The position numbers and the translations under genes are program-made. The notes below the pieces were generated by a model. It saw nothing but the letters and a program-made list of their open reading frames with translations, did not search any database and was not told where the DNA came from. A stretch of DNA of 64,000 nucleotides from Thermoplasmatota archaeon (GTDB taxonomy: Archaea > Thermoplasmatota > E2 > JACPAO01 > JAHFTW01), in NCBI GenBank assembly GCA_035526765.1, contig DATLBS010000030.1, forward strand, positions 191,153 through 255,152, written 5' to 3'. Of this stretch, positions 52,359-61,271 are shown piece by piece. Within the stretch, counting starts at the first letter, position 1. The number at the start of each line of letters is the position of its first letter.

Positions 52359-53030
52359 CTACTGGATCTTGACGTCGTCGAAGTAGGCGATGGTGTCCCC
52401 GCGCACGAAAGGCCCCGCGGAGCCGCTGCGGCTGTGGCCCTCCGGGACCTGGTAGGAGAGGACCGTGGTCGAGCCGTCCTTGACCGTGACCATGCCACCT
52501 TGGCTGGAGACCGTCATGTGGACCCATTGGCCGAAGGCGGGGTGCGTGCCTCCCTCGACCGTCGCGGCGGTCTGCTTGTTGCGGGTGCCGTCCTTGACGG
52601 TGAACAGGTTCCAGGAAAGCTCGGTGGCGGAGTAGCGGATGATCTGGAAGTCCTTGTCGCCTGAGCGGTGGATGATGGCGCCTGCGCCCTGGGGGATGTC
52701 GCCGATCTTGCCGCCCCCGCCGGAGACCATCACGAAGTCGAGGGCCAATTCCAGGTCGTCCCAGGATCCGGTGGCCAGCAGGGCACTGAAGCCGGGGTCC
52801 GCGGCGCCGACTCCTTTGAGGACGGAAGAGCCGGAGCGCGCAGTGTCGTTCTTCACCAGGGACCAGACGCCGTTCTGGATGGTCCATCCGGCCGGGATGA
52901 CGCCGTTGAGGTTCGTCTCGAAGGTCTCGGACACGGTCTTGGGGGCGGCCGACGTCGAGGACGTGGTCTCCGTCCCTGTGCAGCCGGCGAAGGCAGCGAA
53001 GCAGATCATGGCAAGGATGGCGGCGCGCAT
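52359..53030 (-). CDS. Lipoprotein with a concanavalin/LamG-like beta-sandwich domain (DUF1080-like, hypothetical)
   Basis: Lipobox FAAFAGCTG. …GQWVHMTVSSQGGMVTVKDG… beta-sandwich pattern. Confidence 0.55.
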   Translation of the reverse strand: MRAAILAMICFAAFAGCTGTETTSSTSAAPKTVSETFETNLNGVIPAGWTIQNGVWSLVKNDTARSGSSVLKGVGAADPGFSALLATGSWDDLELALDFVMVSGGGGKIGDIPQGAGAIIHRSGDKDFQIIRYSATELSWNLFTVKDGTRNKQTAATVEGGTHPAFGQWVHMTVSSQGGMVTVKDGSTTVLSYQVPEGHSRSGSAGPFVRGDTIAYFDDVKIQ

Positions 53031-53111
53031 CGGTTCCGCAGTTGTCTCCCCTTCTTAGGGGCTTGCGTCCGGCCGCGCAAACCCCTTTTCCCCGGCCGCC
53101 CATGGCTCCCT

Positions 53112-53564
53112 GTGCGGCTGCTGCTGATGCCCCTCCTCCTGGCCTTCATGTCCGGCTGCTCCGATTCCTCCGTGCAGGAGATCACGCTCCACGTGGGATG
53201 GAACGAGGACGGCAGGACCCAGTACATGCGCCCTGCCTCGGTGACGGTCCACCAGGGAGACAAGGTGCGCTTCATCGTCGTCAACGACGACGACCCCAAC
53301 CGCGACTACAACGGTCCGGGGGTCCCCACGAACGACAACTTCCATGACGTGGCCCTCATCGACTACGCCGGCGCCACCTACGAGCACGAGGCCCCCGCCG
53401 GCGAGGCGCCCAGCAGGACGTGCGTGCAGGACATCAGCAAGCCGGGGTGCGTGGCGGACCACTTCGTCGCCAGCGAGAAGGGCACGTTCCGCCTCATCTG
53501 CGAGGTGCGCACGTCCCCCAGCCACGAGGCGCGCGGCATGCACGCGACGTTCATCGTGGAGTGA
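53112..53564 (+). CDS. Putative cupredoxin-fold lipoprotein (blue-copper-like)
   Basis: Signal peptide with lipobox AFMSGCS. C-terminal …CEVRTSPSHEARGMHATFIV gives a Cys…His…Met ligand spacing. GTG start; alternative ATG at 53127. Confidence 0.5.
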   Translation: MRLLLMPLLLAFMSGCSDSSVQEITLHVGWNEDGRTQYMRPASVTVHQGDKVRFIVVNDDDPNRDYNGPGVPTNDNFHDVALIDYAGATYEHEAPAGEAPSRTCVQDISKPGCVADHFVASEKGTFRLICEVRTSPSHEARGMHATFIVE

Positions 53565-53590
53565 ACCCGGTCCTCCAGGGACCTTCGTCC

Positions 53591-53618
53591 AGGGCGAGCG
53601 TTCCGTTCCGCCCTTTTT
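53591..53618 (+). terminator. Hairpin GGGCG-(12 nt)-CGCCC followed by T6, 27 nt after the cupredoxin stop
   Basis: gggcgagcgttccgttccgcccttttttcc. Oligo-T is the archaeal termination signal. Confidence 0.45.
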
Positions 53619-53882
53619 TTCCACGGACCGCGCGGAACACCCGCGGAACCTTTGCGGGCCCGGTTTTGCGTGAGGTTCCATCGTGCGTTCCGCGGCTGGC
53701 GTTCGGCGGGCGCGCTTCGTGCGCCCCTTCCATCGCCTGCAATACCAACAGGTCGTGCTGGACCACGGCGTCGGCACCACATGGTGTTTGACGGGTGCGG
53801 GTCGACGACAGACCGGCGGGGTGCCGAGCAGAAGCCGTGGGCCGTGCCCGTGGCGGGCGACGTCATCTGTGGACCTGGTGGA

Positions 53883-55955
53883 CTACATCCCCCAGAACTT
53901 GTCTTCCTTGCGTCGGACCTTGAGGAACTCCAGCAGGACGTCCTTCTCCTCCGGCGTGATCTTCCCCTGCGTCAGGAGCCACTTGGCGTCCGTCTCGGGG
54001 ATGTCCATGTAGAGCATGTCCTCCTCGTTGATCTGGCGCCCGATGGTGGGGCCGTGCACGGAGATGGCGACCTCGTCCCCCAGGCGGGCCTCCTCGACGG
54101 CCTTCTTGTCCTTCTGGATGCTCTTGATGCGGCCGATGGCCTTCCCGTCCGCCTTCAGCAGCATGCGGCCGTTGCGGATGGTCCCCGCCAGCACGCGGAC
54201 GCCGAAGACGGCGGGGTCGCGCATGCGGAAGCTGTGGTTGGGCAGGAACCGGATCTTGGCCGGGTGGATGTGCTCCGTCCGGTTCTGCGCCTCCAGCCGC
54301 TTCTTGGTCTCGGCCAGCCACGCATCATAGCGGTCGAGGAGGTTGTAGATGACGGGCTCCGTGAACACCGGCAGCTCGCGTGCCGCCGCCTCCGACTCCA
54401 CGTCGGGCAGCGCCTTCACGGAGAACCCGAGGATGATGCGGTACAGGGGGTCGGTCATGCTGCTGGCCTCGACGACGTCGCGCCGGCTGATGTCGCCCAC
54501 CTCGGCATTGCGGATCGGGATCTGGCGGTCCTTCAGCAGGTTCGCGAGGGCCTCCAGCCCGCCGATGGTGTCCGCCTTCACGAAGACGCCCGCGTCGGCG
54601 AGGTCCACCTGCGGCTTGCTGGCGGACTCCACGGTCTCGTAGGCGGCATCGTAGTTGTCCGCCCGCACCACGCGCATCGGGGCCCCCGCCACGACGCCCT
54701 CGGCATCCGGGATGAGGAGCTTCATCCCTGCAGCGGCCACGATCTCGTCCTGCTGCGTGAAGGCCTTGCGGGCGTCGCGCATCTCGTCGTTGGGCGCGGG
54801 CTTGAGGAGGCCCTTGACGCGGGTCTGCAGCGGCTCGTTCTTGGTGCCCAGGAGGATGACGTCCGACTTGCGGATCTTGCCGGCGTACAGGATGACGTCC
54901 AGGACGGTGCCCAGCCCCTTGTCCTGCTTGACCTCAAGGACGGTCCCTTCGCCTGGCAGCTCCTCGTCGGTCTCCAGGCGGGCCTCGAGGAACTTCTGGG
55001 CGAGGCCCACCAGCATGGCCAGCAGGTCCGGGATGCCTTCGCCGCTCTGCGCGCACGTGGGAACGATCGCGATGTTCTGCGTGAAGTCGGAGATGCGGTC
55101 GTACCGCTCGGCGGGGAGCTTGACCTGGTGCAGCGCCGCGATGAGGTGGTAGAACTTGTCGTCGAAGCTGGTCTGGGCCTGCTCCGATTGCCCGCGCACG
55201 TTGAGGATGAACGGGGCGTCCTTCCTGGTGAGCCAGCCCTGGCAGCGGTCGACCTTGTTCGCGGCGATGATGAAGGGGGTCCTGGTCGAGCGCAGGATCT
55301 GGATGGCCTCCAGGGTCTGCGGCATGAGGCCCTCGGAAAGGTCCACCACGAGGACGGCGATGTCGGCCAGCTGCCCCCCGCGGCGACGAAGGGAGGAGAA
55401 GGCGTGGTGGCCGGGCGTGTCGATGAACAGGAGGCCCGGCACGCCGAACTTCTTGCCCTTCAGGAGGACGCCGCAGCGCTCGTAGATGGTCGCCATCGGC
55501 ACCTCCGAGGCACCGATGTGCTGCGTGATGGCACCGGCCTCGCGGTCGAACACCTTCGTGCCGCGGATCTTGTCCAGCACGGATGTCTTGCCGTGGTCGA
55601 CGTGGCCCAGCACCGACACGATGGGGGAACGGGTGTACGCGGTGGCGGAGCGGGCCGTGAGGGCGCCGATGGCCTTGTCCGCGTCGCCCTCCGCCGCCTT
55701 CCTTCCCTTCTCGCGCGCCTTGGCGACCTCGGCCTCGCTGACCTCCATGGGCTTCGGCGGGGGGATGGATCTGGGTTCCTGCACAGATGGAGCAGATGCC
55801 TTGTCCTTCTCAGGTGCGGCAGGCTTCTCCGCGGGTTCCTTGGCCGGCTTCTGCGCCGGTCCTTCCTCGACGACCACGTCCGCGAACTCCGCCTCCAGCT
55901 CATCGGCCAGGAAATCGGCCAGCTTCTCCTCTGCGGTCCTGTCGTCCCGCGGCAT
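53883..55955 (-). CDS. infB: Translation initiation factor aIF5B (IF-2 family GTPase) with a roughly 90-aa charged N-terminal extension
   Basis: G domain …VSVLGHVDHGKTS…DTPGH…NKVD…. 690 aa from the ATG at 55955. Extension …EEKLADFLADELEAEF…KPAKEPAEKPAAPEKDK…. Confidence 0.9.
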   Translation of the reverse strand: MPRDDRTAEEKLADFLADELEAEFADVVVEEGPAQKPAKEPAEKPAAPEKDKASAPSVQEPRSIPPPKPMEVSEAEVAKAREKGRKAAEGDADKAIGALTARSATAYTRSPIVSVLGHVDHGKTSVLDKIRGTKVFDREAGAITQHIGASEVPMATIYERCGVLLKGKKFGVPGLLFIDTPGHHAFSSLRRRGGQLADIAVLVVDLSEGLMPQTLEAIQILRSTRTPFIIAANKVDRCQGWLTRKDAPFILNVRGQSEQAQTSFDDKFYHLIAALHQVKLPAERYDRISDFTQNIAIVPTCAQSGEGIPDLLAMLVGLAQKFLEARLETDEELPGEGTVLEVKQDKGLGTVLDVILYAGKIRKSDVILLGTKNEPLQTRVKGLLKPAPNDEMRDARKAFTQQDEIVAAAGMKLLIPDAEGVVAGAPMRVVRADNYDAAYETVESASKPQVDLADAGVFVKADTIGGLEALANLLKDRQIPIRNAEVGDISRRDVVEASSMTDPLYRIILGFSVKALPDVESEAAARELPVFTEPVIYNLLDRYDAWLAETKKRLEAQNRTEHIHPAKIRFLPNHSFRMRDPAVFGVRVLAGTIRNGRMLLKADGKAIGRIKSIQKDKKAVEEARLGDEVAISVHGPTIGRQINEEDMLYMDIPETDAKWLLTQGKITPEEKDVLLEFLKVRRKEDKFWGM

Positions 55956-56050
55956 CAGGCACCCGTGCCAGAAGGGGAGAGGTCGGAGCGGTCGCAGGCC
56001 ATGCCGCTCGCACTGGAGGCCTCTATTTGCGGGTTTTCCTCGCCTCGCTG

Positions 56051-59000
56051 TCAGGTCGAGATGGTGAGGCCGGGGAGGCTCCACATCGAGACGCTGCCAG
56101 GGAGCTTGCCCAGGCTGTCATTGAAGGAACCGCCGCTTGAGGGCAGGTCGAGGGCGCCCACGAAGACGCGGCCGTTCGCGAGGGAGGCCCCGCCCAGCAC
56201 CCCGCCGCCAGCGTCCAGGGTCGTGACGAGGCGACCGGTGCGGAGGTCGAAGCCCTTGAGGTGCCCTTCGTAGGTGCCGATCCAGGCCAGGCCGTTGCCC
56301 AGGGCGACGGGGGCGAAGTTCGTCCCGGTGAGCCGCTGCTCCCACAGCAGGTCCCCCGTCCTGGCATCGAGGCCGGCGATGCGGTCGACGTCGGTGGAGC
56401 TCACCACCTCGACGTCCCCGGCGATGCCGCCGGAGCCCACCATGGCGGTGCGCATCTCGAGGAGGTGGCCGCCATGCAGGAGGGACCCCGTGGCCAGGTC
56501 GACGGTCCAGGTGGGGCCGTGCTTCTCCGAGGCGGTCACCACGGGGCGGCCGTCCAGGAACGAGAGGTGCGGGGTCCCGCTGATGTCGCGGTTGATGGCC
56601 CGCGTGGTCGCCTCGGTGTCCTCCTTGTTCGTGTCGTACCAGAAGAACTGGTGCACCCAGACGATGTGGCCGTCCGTGCGGTCGAGCGCCATGAGGGAAT
56701 CCATGTTGGGCGTCTGCGGGGACCCCTCGTTGCCGGGGCTCGTGCCCACGATGACGAGGCCGGAGCCGCCAGGGACAAGGGGGGACGCCCAGACGCGGGC
56801 GCCGGAGCTGGGCTGCGGGGTGGTGGGGACCTGCCATAGCATCTGGCCGGTGGCCGGCACCAGCTTGGCGACGTACCCACGGTCTGCATCGACGCCGACG
56901 AAGAGGTCGCCCCCCTCGAGGATGGGGCTGGCCCACAGGTGTCCGCCGAAGGCCCTGCTCCACACCGTGGCGCCGTTGTCCGTGCGCAGGGCGTAGATGG
57001 TGTTGCCGGCCGCCACGATGACGAGCCCCTGGCCTTCCACGAGGGCGGGCGAGGCGTCGACGTTGGCAGGCAGCGTGACGCGCCACACGACGGTGCCCGT
57101 GGCCTCGTTCAGGCTGTAGAAGGACTTGGCCCAGGTCCCGACGTACACCCGGCCTGCCGCGACGGCGGGGGTGCTGGTGACGCTGCCGTCGACGCGGGTG
57201 CGCCACTGCAGCTCTACGTTGCCGGCGTCCGACGGTCCCGGCAGGGAAGCATCAGGGTTGTTGCGGGTGTTGAAGGTGTCGCGACCATATTGGGGCCAGC
57301 CAACGCTGGTCCCCAGGGGATCGACCAGGGGGGCGGGGGGCAGCGGGGAGGGGGCTGCGCCGGGGGTGGCGGATAGCCTGTCGAAACGCACGCTGGGTCC
57401 TGTGTAGGGGTTCTCGAAGGAGGCCCCCAGCGCGTAGCCGACGCCGGCGACCAGGAAGCGGGTCGTGCCCACGTCCACCGTGGTGCCTTCCAGCGACTCT
57501 GCGACGATGGTGCGGTTGAGCCACAGGTGGACGAGGGGGCCGGTCGTTGCGATCGTGCCCACGCCTTGCACGCGCAGGTCGTACCAGCCGGACTCGCCGA
57601 CCACCAGCGGGGACTCCAGGAACCCGAAGTCGGTGAAGCGCCACCCGGATCCTTCCGCGAGGCCGCCGGAGTGGATGCGGGCCGCGGCGCCCGTGAACGC
57701 GGTCGGAGGCGGGCTGCCCAGCAGCTGCAGGGCGGAGACCAGCACCGGTCCGCCCACGGCGCGGTACGTGACCGTGCGGGGACCGGAGGCCAGGTCGAAG
57801 GGGGTGAGGCAGGGCCGCTCGACGGGGCCGGCCACGCGCGCGTCCTGGACGATGCTGCCCTCCAGCTCGACCTGGATGCGTTGCCGCAGGTTCACGTCCG
57901 AGGGGGTGGCGACCTCGGCCAGGATGTCGCCGGGGCCGCCCATCCACGTGAACTGGATGCTGCGCGACTGGCCGTCGGCCAGCGTGAACGAGGCGCCCGT
58001 GGGGAAGTCGCCGCTGCCGCCTCCGCCGCCGCCCTCGCCGAGGCGCACGACGTCGAGGATGAGGTTGCGGTCCTCGCTGCCGCTGGCCGCGTCGTTGGTG
58101 AACGAGACCCGCACGACGTGGTCGCCGGCGGCGATGCCGGGGACCTGGTAGCCGGTGAGGGTGGCGCTCGAGACCGGGGTGGTGAGCACATCGCTGCCAT
58201 CGACGCGCACGACCATGGTTGGCCAGATGCCGCCCAACGGAGTGCCGCGCGCGACGACGGTGAGGTTGCTGGCCGTGTCGGCGCCAAGGTGGTCCTCGAT
58301 GTAGCCGTTGGACCACAGGTTCCACACTGCACCTGCCGAGGCCGTCCCCGAGAACTGCTTCCCGCCGGCCGTCTTCAGGGCGAAGACCTCCGCCTCGCGC
58401 ACGGCCACGGTGCCCGGCGGCGGGGGCGGGGGGGGCGGCGGGGGCGGGGGCGAGCCGCTGCAGGGGGTCGTCGGGGTGGCGCCGGGCCAGATGTAGCCGC
58501 CGGAGAGCGCCTGCTCGCCGCTGGTGGAGCGTGCCCGGAAGTCGACCTTTGAGCCGGAGGTGACGTGGAAGCTGGCCGCCCATCCCCCCCAGGATTGCTT
58601 GGTGAGGGACACCCATGTGGCGCTGCAGCCCGAGCGCGCATCGACGCCGGCCAGCGGCTTGTTCGCGGCGACGTTGGCCTGCACCCACCACTCGTTGCCC
58701 TTGACGCCGCTGAAGCTGGCCGAGAAATCGCCCGAGGGGGGCGGTGGGGGCGGGGGCGGTGGAGGGGGTGGGGTGGTGCCGGCGCACTTCTCGACGGCGC
58801 CCGGGTGCGTGAACCAGCAGCTCTCGACGACGGATCCGCTGGGGAAGTTGGCGCGGAACCGCACCTGGTGGCCGGCCTCGACGTGGAAGCTGGCGGCCCA
58901 CCACGTGTGGTCGCTGGTCCAGGTCTGCGGCGAGAGCGCCGTCCAGGGCCCGCCCGTGTCCATGGCTTGCACGGCCGTGGCCTTGCCGCCTTCGGTGCCG

Positions 59001-59161
59001 CCGAGGCGGACCTGCACCCACCACTCGTTGCCGCCGCCACTTGCGAAGCTCACGGTCCCGCCGCTGGGCACGGGCTGGGAATGGCTGGCCGCGGAGAACG
59101 GGATCGCGAGCAGGAGCACGACCACGCCTCCCAGGGCAGCGGCTTGGCGGGACTGGAGCAT
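56051..59161 (-). CDS. Large secreted multidomain surface protein: 2 expansin-D2/CBM63-like modules, P12 linkers, 3 CBM6-like beta-sandwich domains, C-terminal PQQ-type beta-propeller
   Basis: Signal peptide. GNEWWVQ…SW…FRA… modules x 2. Two runs of 12 Pro. …VFALKTAGGKQF…NLILDVVRL (CBM6-like). PQQ repeats …GTVVWRV…GATVWSRAF…GQMLWQV…. Confidence 0.8.
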   Translation of the reverse strand: MLQSRQAAALGGVVVLLLAIPFSAASHSQPVPSGGTVSFASGGGNEWWVQVRLGGTEGGKATAVQAMDTGGPWTALSPQTWTSDHTWWAASFHVEAGHQVRFRANFPSGSVVESCWFTHPGAVEKCAGTTPPPPPPPPPPPPSGDFSASFSGVKGNEWWVQANVAANKPLAGVDARSGCSATWVSLTKQSWGGWAASFHVTSGSKVDFRARSTSGEQALSGGYIWPGATPTTPCSGSPPPPPPPPPPPPGTVAVREAEVFALKTAGGKQFSGTASAGAVWNLWSNGYIEDHLGADTASNLTVVARGTPLGGIWPTMVVRVDGSDVLTTPVSSATLTGYQVPGIAAGDHVVRVSFTNDAASGSEDRNLILDVVRLGEGGGGGGSGDFPTGASFTLADGQSRSIQFTWMGGPGDILAEVATPSDVNLRQRIQVELEGSIVQDARVAGPVERPCLTPFDLASGPRTVTYRAVGGPVLVSALQLLGSPPPTAFTGAAARIHSGGLAEGSGWRFTDFGFLESPLVVGESGWYDLRVQGVGTIATTGPLVHLWLNRTIVAESLEGTTVDVGTTRFLVAGVGYALGASFENPYTGPSVRFDRLSATPGAAPSPLPPAPLVDPLGTSVGWPQYGRDTFNTRNNPDASLPGPSDAGNVELQWRTRVDGSVTSTPAVAAGRVYVGTWAKSFYSLNEATGTVVWRVTLPANVDASPALVEGQGLVIVAAGNTIYALRTDNGATVWSRAFGGHLWASPILEGGDLFVGVDADRGYVAKLVPATGQMLWQVPTTPQPSSGARVWASPLVPGGSGLVIVGTSPGNEGSPQTPNMDSLMALDRTDGHIVWVHQFFWYDTNKEDTEATTRAINRDISGTPHLSFLDGRPVVTASEKHGPTWTVDLATGSLLHGGHLLEMRTAMVGSGGIAGDVEVVSSTDVDRIAGLDARTGDLLWEQRLTGTNFAPVALGNGLAWIGTYEGHLKGFDLRTGRLVTTLDAGGGVLGGASLANGRVFVGALDLPSSGGSFNDSLGKLPGSVSMWSLPGLTIST

Positions 59162-59344
59162 CGTGCCTTGTTAGCGCGCCCGCGTCGAATCCCCATGCCT
59201 AGGGGCAGATTTGGAGGTCTTGCGCACAAGCGTCCCCTCCCTGGGTTTCGCTCCCAGGACATGTCCTGCCAGGCAAAGCCGCGCCCGCACGACTACGACC
59301 CAACGGGGACCGCAGCTATTTCGGAGGGTCCCCTTCGGGGCCGC

Positions 59345-59920
59345 ATGTCCCTCGACATCCCGGTCATCCTGGGGACCGTGCGCGAAGGCCGGCGCTCCGA
59401 GCATGTCGCGCGCTACGTGCACGGACGCCTGTCCGCGCGCCCCGGCGTCAGGAGCGCCTTCGTCGACCCGCGCGACTACGCCTTCGGCGACCTCGTGGCG
59501 CGCGAGTTCGAGATGAAGGAGCGCCCGCCCAACGTGCTGCGCTTCATGGAGGTCGTGGAGGCCGCCGACGGGTTCGTCGTCGTGACGCCGGAGTACAACT
59601 ACGGGATCCCGGGGGCGCTGAAGAACCTCCTGGACATCACGTTCAAGCCCTGGAACCGGAAGCCCTTCGGCCTGGTGGGCTGCGGTGGCGTGAGCGGCGG
59701 GCTGCGCGCCCTGGATTCCCTGCGCCAGACGGTCGCCGGGCTGGGCGCCGTCACCGTGCCGCAGCATGTCCCCGTCCCGCATGTCTCGAGATCCTTCGGC
59801 AGGGACGGCCCCACCTCCGAGCCCGAGGAGTGGGCGAAGCGCATCGACGGCTTCCTGGAGCACGTGGAGTGGTACGCGAAGGCCCTCCAGGCCGCCCGGA
59901 AGTCGGACCAGGCAACGTAG
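59345..59920 (+). CDS. NADPH-dependent FMN reductase (flavodoxin-like)
   Basis: MSLDIPVILGTVREGRRS…FVVVTPEYNYGIPGALKN… are the FMN_red family motifs. 191 aa. Confidence 0.8.
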   Translation: MSLDIPVILGTVREGRRSEHVARYVHGRLSARPGVRSAFVDPRDYAFGDLVAREFEMKERPPNVLRFMEVVEAADGFVVVTPEYNYGIPGALKNLLDITFKPWNRKPFGLVGCGGVSGGLRALDSLRQTVAGLGAVTVPQHVPVPHVSRSFGRDGPTSEPEEWAKRIDGFLEHVEWYAKALQAARKSDQAT

Positions 59921-59928
59921 ACAGACGT

Positions 59929-60699
59929 TCAGGGTCGACGCCCTGGGCTGCCCGCGAGGCGCGCGCTTCGGTTCGCCGCACGGTTGCGCAGCATCACGCC
60001 TGCCATGAGGGCGACCGCCCCCCACGTGATGGCGGGCTGGTGCGTCTGCACTCCCAGGAGGTAGAGGGCGAAGGCCGGGATCCAGGCCTCCGTCAGGAAG
60101 CCGTTGCGCCAGTCTGGGGCCACGGGGGAGTCGGGGGTGCCGCGGCGGGGAGGCCAGGGCAGGAAGGAAGGCACCCTGGCGGCGTAGGCTTCGTACTCCG
60201 CGCCGTGCCGCAGGCGGAGGGCCTTCGCCTCAAGGTGGGCCAGCGTGCCAAGCAGGAGGCCGTGCAGGGCGAGGGCCAGCAGGAGGCCAGGCGGTGGAAG
60301 GAGCAGCCCGAAGGCCGCCACCATGAACAGGTTGCCCAGGTAGAGGGGGTTGCGCAGCCACCGGAACGGCCCCGCGACGATGAGGCGGTCGACGTGCATC
60401 CGGGAGTCCGCCATCACGTGGCCGCGCAGGTAGCTGGTCCCCCACGACCGCCACCCCCAGCACACGAGCACCAGCAGGAAAGGGACGGCCGCCTGGACGA
60501 GAGGCACGTCGCCCCCCGTCGAGCCGATGCGTCCGGCAGGGGCGACCGCGAGGAACCGGTCGAGGGGGCCGGCCGGCCACACGGGTTGCAAGAGGTAGGC
60601 GAGCCCTGCGGACAAAAGATACGCGAGGCCGATGAGGAGGCCGCGGTGGCGGAACAGGAAGGGTGCCGGTGGCTTCTGGTCCCCCGTCTCGGCCATCAT
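59929..60699 (-). CDS. Isoprenylcysteine carboxyl methyltransferase (ICMT/PEMT) family membrane protein
   Basis: …FRWLRNPLYLGNLF… is the RHPxYxG-like motif. 5-6 TM helices. Confidence 0.7.
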   Translation of the reverse strand: MMAETGDQKPPAPFLFRHRGLLIGLAYLLSAGLAYLLQPVWPAGPLDRFLAVAPAGRIGSTGGDVPLVQAAVPFLLVLVCWGWRSWGTSYLRGHVMADSRMHVDRLIVAGPFRWLRNPLYLGNLFMVAAFGLLLPPPGLLLALALHGLLLGTLAHLEAKALRLRHGAEYEAYAARVPSFLPWPPRRGTPDSPVAPDWRNGFLTEAWIPAFALYLLGVQTHQPAITWGAVALMAGVMLRNRAANRSARLAGSPGRRP

Positions 60700-60741
60700 G
60701 CCTGCAGCGGGCTGTCACTTGTGAATCTTGGCAGCGGGCCC

Positions 60742-61194
60742 TTACTCGAAGAGATACTCGTCGCCGGCGCGCTTGTAGGAGGCGCCGCCCTTGGGGAACC
60801 AGAGGCCCAGCTCGAAGGCCGCAGTCTCGGCGGAATCGCTGCCGTGGATGATGTTGCGGCCGATGTGCTGCCCGAGGTCGAAGCGGATCTCGCCGGGCTT
60901 TCCCTGCACCGGGTTGGTGGCCCCCATCATGGCGCGGGCGACGGCGATGGCGGACTCGCCCTCCACCATCATCGGGACCACCGGTCCGGAGGCCATGTAC
61001 TTCACAAGGCCGGGGTAGAAGCCGCGCGCCTTGTGGACCTCGTAGTGCTTCTCGATGACCTTCGGGTCCGGCATCTCGAGGCGCATGGCCTTCACCTTCA
61101 TGCCCTTGCGCTCGAAGCGTGCGATGATCTCCCCGACGAGGCCGCGCTGGACGGCATCGGGCTTGATCATGACGAAGGTCGTTTCGAGGGCCAT
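60742..61194 (-). CDS. ndk: Nucleoside diphosphate kinase
   Basis: MALETTFVMIKPDAVQRGLVGEIIARFE…NIIHGSDS… with active-site His. 150 aa. Confidence 0.9.
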   Translation of the reverse strand: MALETTFVMIKPDAVQRGLVGEIIARFERKGMKVKAMRLEMPDPKVIEKHYEVHKARGFYPGLVKYMASGPVVPMMVEGESAIAVARAMMGATNPVQGKPGEIRFDLGQHIGRNIIHGSDSAETAAFELGLWFPKGGASYKRAGDEYLFE

Positions 61195-61214
61195 GTCCCC
61201 GGCGACAGGGGACC

Positions 61215-61222
61215 GATATTTG
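61215..61222 (-). promoter_or_regulatory. TATA-like box (minus strand CAAATATC) about 22-28 nt upstream of the ndk ATG, implying a leaderless transcript
   Basis: The only AT-rich element in the 77-bp ndk upstream region. Confidence 0.5.
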
Positions 61223-61271
61223 AGGCTGAGGAGGCCATGTGGCCCAGGCTGACGAATGCGAGGAGGGGCTC

